Both the position numbers and the translations under genes were made by a program. Positions 17,452-23,652 of a DNA stretch of 31,275 nt are shown here, piece after piece; position 1 is the stretch's first letter, and the number at the start of each line of letters is the position of its first letter. Source of the stretch: a virus. The notes beneath the pieces were generated by a model that searched no databases, was not told the DNA's origin, and saw only the letters and a list, made by a program, of their open reading frames with translations. The DNA is taken from the IMG/VR virus record IMGVR_UViG_3300030060_002742, positions 1 through 31,275 of that record, one strand, 5' to 3'.

Positions 17452-18011
17452 TTTGGTTGCTCCTCAGACTTAGTTTCTGGCTCGCTGACGACCTTCATTT
17501 CTGGGTAGTCTTCTGCTTCTTCTCTGGTAATCACACCTGCCATAGCGTCAGGAAATCCATCTCTCAAAGCAAAACCTCTGGCTCTCATTTGTAACATCCT
17601 ATCAGGATATGATTTCCACGGTCCTCGTGTAGTTAGGTCAGCTTTCTTTGCATCTCTCCAAGAAAATGTTTTAGTGATCTCTTCTATCTCACCACCCTGA
17701 AGTCTTTTGACAGTGCAAGTAGCAGTTCGGTCATCACCTTCACCATCGATCGTTTCTTTGATCCCTTTACAATCGGGATGTCGCCTCACCAATCCGATCA
17801 AAGCATCACCCCAAAGCGTAGGTCTACCGTTAATGACAGCAATGTTTTGAAGTGCTTGAAAAGGATTTAGACCCATGGAAAGACCTGCTTGGATTGCAAC
17901 AAGACAATCAAGTGGTTTGCCACTGTAGGTTTTAGGCACTAGGTTTGAGCTTGAAAACTGTTTGGCAAGCCTCTCGAGTTGAGCGTAGTCCTTTGGAACT
18001 AAATTAGTCAT
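17448..18011 (-). CDS. recT: RecT-family single-strand annealing protein (187 aa)
   Basis: GLNPFQALQNIAVINGRPTLWGDALIGLV...WKSYPDRMLQMRARGFALRDGFPD matches RecT-family patterns. It lies immediately downstream of a YqaJ-type exonuclease. Confidence 0.7.
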   Translation of the reverse strand: MTNLVPKDYAQLERLAKQFSSSNLVPKTYSGKPLDCLVAIQAGLSMGLNPFQALQNIAVINGRPTLWGDALIGLVRRHPDCKGIKETIDGEGDDRTATCTVKRLQGGEIEEITKTFSWRDAKKADLTTRGPWKSYPDRMLQMRARGFALRDGFPDAMAGVITREEAEDYPEMKVVSEPETKSEEQPK

Positions 18012-18935
18012 CTAAATCTCCCTGATTGAAAATCTTTTGTGAGAACGTGCAGGTTTGGCCGGCATCATTTGCTCTGGTTTGGCTGAAACATTGACTGTTT
18101 TGTGTTCAATCAAATAGTTTTTAAAAGTTGCCCGTTCTGAATTAAGCTTTTGCATCACCCCCTGGATTTGAGCATCAATATTTTCCAGGCTATCCTTCCA
18201 CTTGGTCGCTTCTGCTTTGGCAGTCATTCGGCTGTCCAACATCACCTCCATCTGTCGTGCAAACGCATGGTCATCCAAGTTGATGACTGGAGGTTGCTCA
18301 TTGTCCTCCTCGTAGGGAATATCTTTGTCAACCTTGTACCAAAACTCTCGAACTTTACTCATAATTATGGCAATCATCTTCTCTGACCTTTTGTACGGAT
18401 AGAGCTTTACATTTAGATCATTACCCATTTTTGAGATGATCCCGAACCTAGCACCTGTACACGCCATTTGGGTTTGCAATTGCCATTCATATCTCATGAT
18501 GGGGGGAACCGTAGACTTACTTTGAGCATCAGTTTTAAATTCATTAATAATCAAGGATCTCATAGGAAAGTCATTTCCCATTGGATTTGGAATAATTAAG
18601 TCCTTATCGACTTTGAACTTACTGTCACAAGAACAACCAAGACGTTCCTCAACAATGCGATCTGCTCCATTGACTTCAATAATTTCTAGATTGGTCCCTT
18701 CCATCATTGCCTCACGAATTAAATTGTAGCTTTGAAGTTTCACAAAAGGCTCAAGCCAAAGACCTCTTTTCATTGCTTTTGTAGGCTCTTGTAGCAAGGG
18801 AACCACCCCTTGCTTGATTGCCACCCATTGTTTTCTAAGCTCTTCTTTGGTTTGACCTGAAAAACTATTTTCACCTTCAACAATCGTTGCGACTGTAGTT
18901 GCTCCAACTTCCTTTCCATCAACTGTGTGTTTCAT
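18012..18935 (-). CDS. YqaJ/lambda-Exo-like PD-(D/E)XK exonuclease (307 aa from the ATG at 18935)
   Basis: Motifs MKRGLWLEPFV, CSCDSKF, INEFKT (ExK) and YEWQLQTQMACTG match YqaJ-like recombination exonucleases. The ATG at 18935 forms a TGATG overlap with the upstream stop. The GTG at 18947 is an alternative start. Confidence 0.7.
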   Translation of the reverse strand: MKHTVDGKEVGATTVATIVEGENSFSGQTKEELRKQWVAIKQGVVPLLQEPTKAMKRGLWLEPFVKLQSYNLIREAMMEGTNLEIIEVNGADRIVEERLGCSCDSKFKVDKDLIIPNPMGNDFPMRSLIINEFKTDAQSKSTVPPIMRYEWQLQTQMACTGARFGIISKMGNDLNVKLYPYKRSEKMIAIIMSKVREFWYKVDKDIPYEEDNEQPPVINLDDHAFARQMEVMLDSRMTAKAEATKWKDSLENIDAQIQGVMQKLNSERATFKNYLIEHKTVNVSAKPEQMMPAKPARSHKRFSIREI

Positions 18936-19165
18936 CAGAACCCCCACACTTCAGGCCAAGAACATGTCTGAGACATGGCACAACCAACAGCTAAAAAAAT
19001 GTAAATTGAAACAAACAAACAAACTGCTCCGAAAATTTCAGTCAAAGTCTCTTTAAGTTTGTTAAGTTTGTTGAGTGTAGCAAGTCTGTTAGGGTCAAGA
19101 AAATCTGACACGTTATATATTATGCGAATAATTTCACTGTAGTAGGTTATAAGTATTTGTTTCAT
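18935..19165 (-). CDS. Small membrane protein (76 aa)
   Basis: AGGAG RBS upstream (gagcagaggagattgctgaaATG). C-terminal TM segment IFGAVCLFVSIYIFLAVGCAM. Function unknown. Confidence 0.5.
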   Translation of the reverse strand: MKQILITYYSEIIRIIYNVSDFLDPNRLATLNKLNKLKETLTEIFGAVCLFVSIYIFLAVGCAMSQTCSWPEVWGF

Positions 19166-19272
19166 TTCAGCAATCTCCTCTGCTCAATTTTGTCCACAAT
19201 CTAAAAGGGTAGTTCCATTTTGTCTATTGACCAGGATGCAACCCTTTTAATCTGAACACCTGTTTTTTTTGC

Positions 19273-19692
19273 CTATTTGGCATTCATAAAGCTCCCGTCA
19301 GGAAACCCCATTTTTGTTGGCGACGCTCTTCTTTTTAGTTCTGATCCAGCATGAGTGACAATGAGCTGCGCAAAAATCACGGTGCGATACATATCAGTTT
19401 TAGCATACCCTGTTTTTGTAAGTCCCGAGCGACCACGGATCAGGTTGTCAAGTTCATTAGCTGTTTTTCTTAAAACTTGGATGGCATCTTTTACGTGTTG
19501 ATGATTACACAATGGAACAGTAATGCGACTTGCTACTTTTTTACGGTGAAACAACATATATTGCTCATCAGATAGATTTTCTTGTGCAAACTGTTCCCGT
19601 TGCTTTGCATTGAGATTGGGCAATATAAGCTTTTCTCTCAAAGCGTGACCGCCTAAATCCTTTGTGTCATGTCTGTTCATTTGGCTTTCCAT
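19273..19692 (-). CDS. Hypothetical protein (139 aa from the ATG at 19692)
   Basis: Long ORF in the leftward operon upstream of the exo/recT genes. No motif recognised. The track start at 19695 is a TTG one codon upstream. Confidence 0.55.
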   Translation of the reverse strand: MESQMNRHDTKDLGGHALREKLILPNLNAKQREQFAQENLSDEQYMLFHRKKVASRITVPLCNHQHVKDAIQVLRKTANELDNLIRGRSGLTKTGYAKTDMYRTVIFAQLIVTHAGSELKRRASPTKMGFPDGSFMNAK

Positions 19693-19749
19693 CAATGTTC
19701 ATTTTAGTTTCGGTTTTTGTTTGTGCAAGTTTTTTAAATAAACCGCAGT

Positions 19750-20223
19750 TTAAAATATAAACTCAAGTTCATTTCGTGAACTACTACAAAACGTATAATA
19801 TTCTTTGGCTGATTTAATCATCATTTCGCAAACCTGATAGCATTGAATATTGGGATTTAGGTCGGTTGGTTTTGAAATAAACCACCCTTCTTCCACGCAA
19901 TGTTTAAAGACAAGTGAGACAAATGCTTTTTTAAGACTTGGGAACCTTTCTAGGATTTGTTTTTGTGTTGACCATCTTTTCATAAAAGTCCTCAACGTCA
20001 CAAATGCACCAATCAGGCGTTTGTCGCTGTGACTCCTAAAAAATTGTGTGCATCTTCGCTGAAAGGGATCGTTTGTGCGGATGGGATAATTTTTATAATT
20101 TAAAAGTGTAATTTCGTTGCATAGGTTTGTGAGAATGCTGTCTATAGGTGGTGACGCAGCTTGAATTTTCCTAATTTTTATTGGCATGAGTTTTGCAGTT
20201 TTTTGTCTAGTTCTTAACTTCAT
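19750..20223 (-). CDS. Putative winged-helix DNA-binding protein, candidate repressor (157 aa)
   Basis: The ATG at 20223 overlaps the recombinase stop (TAATG). The central segment RLIGAFVTLRTFMKRWSTQKQILERFPSLKKAFVSLVFKHCVEEGWFISK has a MarR-like wHTH pattern. The repressor role is inferred. Confidence 0.4.
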   Translation of the reverse strand: MKLRTRQKTAKLMPIKIRKIQAASPPIDSILTNLCNEITLLNYKNYPIRTNDPFQRRCTQFFRSHSDKRLIGAFVTLRTFMKRWSTQKQILERFPSLKKAFVSLVFKHCVEEGWFISKPTDLNPNIQCYQVCEMMIKSAKEYYTFCSSSRNELEFIF

Positions 20224-20993
20224 TATTTTTCTCCATAAATTCGTTTGACTAAGTTTGAAACATTCGACGGACCCCACTTGCCACCACGACGGGTCTTGTA
20301 CATGTCAGTGTGATTGTTAAGATAGGATGCCATTTCACGTAAACTGTAGCCTTGTTTGACAAGATCGACGATGACAGGTCGCATCCTTTCAGCAAAAGCA
20401 TCTGCTTCCTCCTGAATAGCTTCATGCCCCTTCTCTCTTGCGTCTTCCATGTTTGAGTGAATGCCTAGCTGGGTGATCTTCTTCCCTGACTTGGTGGTGT
20501 AGTGACCTTTGTTCTCAATGACTTCATTGATGCGTCCCAACGCTGATTTTGTGTTTAAAGATATTTTTTCTCGCATGTCCTGGGCCATGGCGACTTTGAT
20601 GGCAAGAACAAGCTTGTTTTGCTTTGGATCGGCAGACAACATAGGATCGTCACAGACAATCAAGTTTACCTTCCCAGTCTCAACATAGCGCTCAAAGAAT
20701 TGAAGCCCATGCCAAGCAGTCCTGAACAGTCTGGAGATCGAGCTGACAATGACTGTCGCTTTCTTTTTCTTGGCTGCGTCCATTGCTTCCTTCAAAACAG
20801 GTCTTTTGTCAGGATGAACTTTACCACTGATGTTTTCTTCAAACCATTCAACCGTATGATCGCCACCGTTGAGGAAGTCACGAATGTCTTTTTTATCTCT
20901 CTCTGTTTCCTGTTTATTGGTCGATACACGGACATAAGCTATGTAGTTTCCTTTGTGTGGCTGACCAGATGTGCTTTGGTTAGCTGGTGACAT
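20223..20993 (-). CDS. Small serine recombinase (resolvase/invertase catalytic domain plus C-terminal DNA-binding region, 256 aa)
   Basis: YIAYVRVSTNKQ contains the catalytic-Ser motif. Also present are VIVSSISRLFR and a C-terminus ADAFAERMRPVIVDLVKQGYSLREMASYLN...RRGGKWGPSNVSNLVKR, typical of short recombinase-family proteins. GGAGAA RBS lies 6 nt upstream. Confidence 0.85.
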   Translation of the reverse strand: MSPANQSTSGQPHKGNYIAYVRVSTNKQETERDKKDIRDFLNGGDHTVEWFEENISGKVHPDKRPVLKEAMDAAKKKKATVIVSSISRLFRTAWHGLQFFERYVETGKVNLIVCDDPMLSADPKQNKLVLAIKVAMAQDMREKISLNTKSALGRINEVIENKGHYTTKSGKKITQLGIHSNMEDAREKGHEAIQEEADAFAERMRPVIVDLVKQGYSLREMASYLNNHTDMYKTRRGGKWGPSNVSNLVKRIYGEK

Positions 20994-21038
20994 TAAATGT
21001 TCTCCTTTGTATCTATAACAGTTCGTTTAATGTTCGTC

Positions 21039-21068
21039 TTTACTGTACATATACCAGGATGGTACATT
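21039..21068 (+). promoter_or_regulatory. Candidate rightward promoter (TTTACT-N18-TACATT) for the RHH operon
   Basis: Hexamers at 21039-21044 and 21063-21068, about 45 nt upstream of the RHH ATG. Sigma-70-like by eye only. Confidence 0.35.
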
Positions 21069-21074
21069 GTGCAA
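21046..21074 (-). promoter_or_regulatory. Candidate leftward promoter (TTGCAC-N17-TATGTA) for the recombinase operon
   Basis: On the minus strand the -35 is at 21074-21069 and the -10 at 21051-21046. It interdigitates with the rightward promoter, so each -10 abuts the other promoter's -35. Confidence 0.35.
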
Positions 21075-21111
21075 GACCTAGATGTTACTTTTTTTTGAAC
21101 GAAGGTGAATT

Positions 21112-21261
21112 ATGAAGCAGGTACACATTAGAATAAACGACGAAGTCTATGAAAAACTTAAAGAATTAGCCGAGAAGGATCGTAGATCAATGGCTAGTTT
21201 GGCCGAATACATTTTATCAAAAGGCTTGCACGATTTTAAAAAAGAGCTTGAAAAAGCATGA
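21112..21261 (+). CDS. Ribbon-helix-helix (CopG/Arc/MetJ-type) DNA-binding protein, 49 aa; candidate Cro-like regulator
   Basis: MKQVHIRINDEVYEKLKELAEKDRRSMASLAEYILSKGL is a textbook RHH beta-strand plus two helices. GAAGGTG RBS. Missed by the ORF track because it is under 60 aa. Confidence 0.75.
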   Translation: MKQVHIRINDEVYEKLKELAEKDRRSMASLAEYILSKGLHDFKKELEKA

Positions 21262-21482
21262 CCCCGGAGTTCAGTCAACCAACACTTGCATTTTTGCTTT
21301 TGGAGTTCACTTCCCTTGCCGATTGTCAGGTTGTCGTAAAGCATCTGGTTGGTTTCATCCATCACAATTTGTTCGTGAATTGTCACAATCACGATGACAG
21401 CTATGCATTTTGGTTTGAACACTGGATGCAACACAATCATTTTCGAGAAGTTCCACCTTCAAGACCGAAGGTGCTTGAATGA
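21258..21482 (+). CDS. His/aromatic-rich 74-aa hypothetical protein
   Basis: ATGA overlap with the RHH stop and ATGA overlap with the next gene. Translational coupling and the downstream RBS hairpin argue that it is translated. No homolog recognised. Confidence 0.4.
   Translation: MTPEFSQPTLAFLLLEFTSLADCQVVVKHLVGFIHHNLFVNCHNHDDSYAFWFEHWMQHNHFREVPPSRPKVLE
21454..21473 (+). promoter_or_regulatory. Hairpin CACCTTC-aagacc-GAAGGTG sequestering the RBS of the DUF1064 gene
   Basis: Perfect 7-bp stem. The right arm is the AAGGTG Shine-Dalgarno, 5 nt upstream of the ATG at 21479. Confidence 0.55.
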
Positions 21483-21817
21483 GGTTTAACAAGTTCAATG
21501 CCCACAAAACCGAGGTCGATGGCATTTTATTTGACAGTAAGAAAGAAGCCACAAGATATAGTGAATTAAAGTATTTGGAGAAAGCAGGTCAGATACACAA
21601 CCTGGAGCTTCAACCCAAGTTTGAATGTATAGTGAAGGAGAAGAAGATATGTACCTACAGAGCAGATTTCAGATATTTCGACAAGTTCCAGAGGGGCGTG
21701 TTGGGTCAGGAAGGAACTATGGTAGTCGAGGACGTAAAGGGCTTCAAAACACCAACCTACAGGTTGAAAAAGAAGCTGGTCGAGGCATTGTTCCAGGTGA
21801 AGATAACCGAATTATGA
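21479..21817 (+). CDS. DUF1064-family protein (PD-(D/E)XK nuclease-like, 112 aa)
   Basis: NKFNAHKTEVDGILFDSKKEATRYSEL..LEKAGQI..LELQPKF......YRADF.Y......VEDVKGFKTPTYRLKKKL matches the DUF1064 pattern known from phage replication modules. Confidence 0.8.
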   Translation: MRFNKFNAHKTEVDGILFDSKKEATRYSELKYLEKAGQIHNLELQPKFECIVKEKKICTYRADFRYFDKFQRGVLGQEGTMVVEDVKGFKTPTYRLKKKLVEALFQVKITEL

Positions 21818-22110
21818 TTACAACAATTGACTTAGCCTTGGTTTTTCAAGAAATAACAAAAATTTCATTTACGGTTATGTATGAGGATTGTCGAAAGGAC
21901 AACGAGTTCATTCACCTGCGTTTCATGTGGACAGGCGTTTGTCGTTTCTTCAAGCGATCCTATCCTCAAATCGCTAAAACAATTAGAAAGGATCATTCGA
22001 CTTGCGTGTTTTATTACAAGCGTCATCTAATGATGATGGACAAATACGACTGGTACTCAGAAAGCTACCTTCTTTTGTTGGATGACACACTGGATCGTTT
22101 TGGGGTTTAA
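21814..22110 (+). CDS. DnaA domain-IV-like helix-turn-helix protein (98 aa, stand-alone)
   Basis: ATGA overlap with the DUF1064 stop. EFIHLRFMWTGVCRFFKRSYPQIAKTIRKDHSTCVFYYKRHLMMMD parallels E. coli DnaA ...[44 protein letters not shown] (recalled sequence), including the DH[ST]T motif. Confidence 0.65.
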   Translation: MITTIDLALVFQEITKISFTVMYEDCRKDNEFIHLRFMWTGVCRFFKRSYPQIAKTIRKDHSTCVFYYKRHLMMMDKYDWYSESYLLLLDDTLDRFGV

Positions 22111-23088
22111 ATGTTGGATATGCCACCAAATAAAACCTCCAAGCAAGTCTTAAGGGAAATAAACAAGGCTCGACAAGACATCCTTCGGCCACCCAAAGAA
22201 CACAACACCTGTGAAACCGGCAAGGAACAGGATCAAGCATTCTCCGCATTCTTCAAAGCACCGAGCAGAGCCTTACAGGACAAACGACTTGCAACAAGAC
22301 CAAGGACTTTTATTATTCTCTGTGCCTTATGTCAGTTTATTGGACCAACAGGATACTGTTATCCCAAGCAAGCACGGATCGCACGACAGCTAGGCATGAC
22401 ACAACAAGGGGTGAGTAAACATATTAGATTGCTGGTTGATTATGGGTATGTCGATAAGGTTCGGAATGAGTATAAGTTTCGTAAAAACGGACATACATCA
22501 GCCACCTGGCGCATACTTTTTGATCCATCAATTGACCAAGAACAAGGGTACAAAAACACCCTCGAACACGATGAACGATTTCAAGAGCAAGAAGCCGAGG
22601 AAACCATGAAAAAAGTAAATGAAAACAATAAGAAGAGTAAGTTATCCACAGAGTTATCCACAGGTAGGCAAAAACAGGCAAAAAAGAAGGAAAAAGAGGG
22701 TACAAAAACAACCCAATTAGGTTGTATGACCCCACAACCCAATGAGGTTGTACAAAAACTGACCAATAGAACTAATATATTTAATATTATAGGAAAAGAT
22801 ATTTGTAAGCTTTATGCTCATTTGTTGGACGACATCGTTGGAGGTCGAGGTGAGTGGCGGTGGGACGAGAGGCAAGAGCAAATAGCTCAAGGGTTCTTAG
22901 ACAAGGGAATGACAGTCGATAGCTTCAAGGCATCAGCAAAGAGAACTCTGTACAGTTGCAAGAAGGAGAGCAGACGACCACCCTACTCGCTTGCATTCTT
23001 TGAACAGGCCATGCCACAAACAAAGAAACCCACCTTGTCAGCTAGTGATGTCATCAAAAGAGTAACCAACAAGAGTAAAATAAAATGA
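22111..23088 (+). CDS. Replication initiator-like protein with N-terminal winged-helix domain (325 aa)
   Basis: ILCALCQFIGPTGYCYPKQARIARQLGMTQQGVSKHIRLLVDYGYVDKV is the HTH pattern of phage O/replication-initiator proteins. A charged low-complexity linker carries the DnaA boxes. It sits in the replication module. Confidence 0.6.
   Translation: MLDMPPNKTSKQVLREINKARQDILRPPKEHNTCETGKEQDQAFSAFFKAPSRALQDKRLATRPRTFIILCALCQFIGPTGYCYPKQARIARQLGMTQQGVSKHIRLLVDYGYVDKVRNEYKFRKNGHTSATWRILFDPSIDQEQGYKNTLEHDERFQEQEAEETMKKVNENNKKSKLSTELSTGRQKQAKKKEKEGTKTTQLGCMTPQPNEVVQKLTNRTNIFNIIGKDICKLYAHLLDDIVGGRGEWRWDERQEQIAQGFLDKGMTVDSFKASAKRTLYSCKKESRRPPYSLAFFEQAMPQTKKPTLSASDVIKRVTNKSKIK
22640..22663 (+). promoter_or_regulatory. 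Two perfect consensus DnaA boxes (TTATCCACA at 22642-22650 and 22654-22662) within a 12-bp tandem duplication AGTTATCCACAG x2
   Basis: Read directly: gtaAGTTATCCACAGAGTTATCCACAGgt. It encodes the duplicated LST-E-LST in the initiator linker. Confidence 0.7.
22664..22710 (+). repeat. Phased A-tracts (AGGCAAAAAC AGGCAAAAAA GAAGGAAAAA GAGGGTACAAAAAC)
   Basis: A5-6 runs begin at 22670, 22680, 22691 and 22704, roughly one helical turn apart and immediately 3' of the DnaA boxes. This suggests intrinsic bending or an unwinding-prone region. Confidence 0.5.
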
Positions 23089-23105
23089 CTGTTCATAACT
23101 TAGAG

Positions 23106-23126
23106 GTTCGTTTACATTGTGTACAT
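23106..23126 (+). promoter_or_regulatory. Composite motif GTTCGTTTACATTGTGTACAT shared with the switch region
   Basis: It contains GTTCGTTTA (also at 21021-21029), TACATTGTG (also at 21063-21071) and TGTACAT (also at 21044-21050). It lies just after the initiator stop, before the first good ATG (23151) of the next ORF. Confidence 0.45.
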
Positions 23127-23150
23127 CTGCTAAATTACGTACAAAAAATA

Positions 23151-23369
23151 ATGCAATCTTTTTACACGATGTCCACGACCCCACCAAGAAAAAACGACCT
23201 TACGCCCCCCCCCGTTGCTAAGTATAGTAGGGGTATCCCACAAAACTTTTTCCAAGATTTCGTCTGTTGCCTTTGCGGTAAGGACGCTACTTTATCTCAT
23301 GGTCAGACTGATAGTTTGTATTGCGTAGAACATCATCCTGATTGGCAGAAAATCAAAGAAAGGAAGTAA
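23151..23369 (+). CDS. Small Cys/His protein (72 aa from the ATG at 23151), possible zinc ribbon
   Basis: CCLCGKDATLSHGQTDSLYCVEHH fits a CxC...CxxHH pattern. The start was moved downstream of the shared operator-like motif. It contains a C9 homopolymer (23205-23213). Confidence 0.45.
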   Translation: MQSFYTMSTTPPRKNDLTPPPVAKYSRGIPQNFFQDFVCCLCGKDATLSHGQTDSLYCVEHHPDWQKIKERK

Positions 23370-23370
23370 C

Positions 23371-23652
23371 ATGGATAAATACAAGAGATTTAAATTTCTT
23401 ACTTGTGAGCAACTAATAAAGTTCTACGAAAATGATGACAGTATAAATCAGGAAATAGATATGTCTTTAGACCCACCTTACTCATTTATGCTTCCAGAAC
23501 ATCTTAGTGAATTGTGGAAAAAAGAAGGTCTTAAACCATCAAAATTTACTTTAGATTTATGGAAAACTGACGCTGAAAGAATAAACGATTTAAGAAAAAT
23601 AAGAAAAAGAGATGGAATTACAAAGTACATACCAAAATGTTGTTTTAATTAA
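23371..23652 (+). CDS. Hypothetical protein (93 aa)
   Basis: The ATG is 1 nt after the previous stop, preceded by AAGGAAG. AT-rich ORFan. Confidence 0.5.
   Translation: MDKYKRFKFLTCEQLIKFYENDDSINQEIDMSLDPPYSFMLPEHLSELWKKEGLKPSKFTLDLWKTDAERINDLRKIRKRDGITKYIPKCCFN

Noticed and set aside
19190-19198. Near DnaA box TTGTCCACA in the 19166-19272 intergenic gap (and TTATCCAAA at 13862-13870)
   Set aside because: Each is a single one-mismatch 9-mer, which is expected by chance in 62 kb of two-strand sequence. The G at position 3 also violates the relaxed TT[AT]TNCACA consensus.
19166-19272. Possible terminator or tRNA-like structure: AAAAGGGT...ACCCTTTT arms and a T8 run
   Set aside because: The arms are separated by about 30 nt. 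The T-run is on the non-transcribed orientation relative to the neighbouring genes and is preceded by only a 4-bp stem. No cloverleaf could be drawn.
20619-20990. 123-aa plus-strand ORF inside the serine recombinase gene, and 22424-22766 minus-strand ORFs inside the initiator gene
   Set aside because: The opposite-strand genes carry clear family motifs (YVRVSTNKQ and the wHTH), while these ORFs have none.
21147-21440. 97-aa minus-strand ORF in the track, and the overlapping 65-aa ORF at 21355-21552
   Set aside because: It runs antisense through the 49-aa RHH gene, which has a textbook RHH sequence and a good RBS. The minus ORF has no convincing RBS and no recognisable motif. The + strand shows a chain of ATGA-coupled genes.
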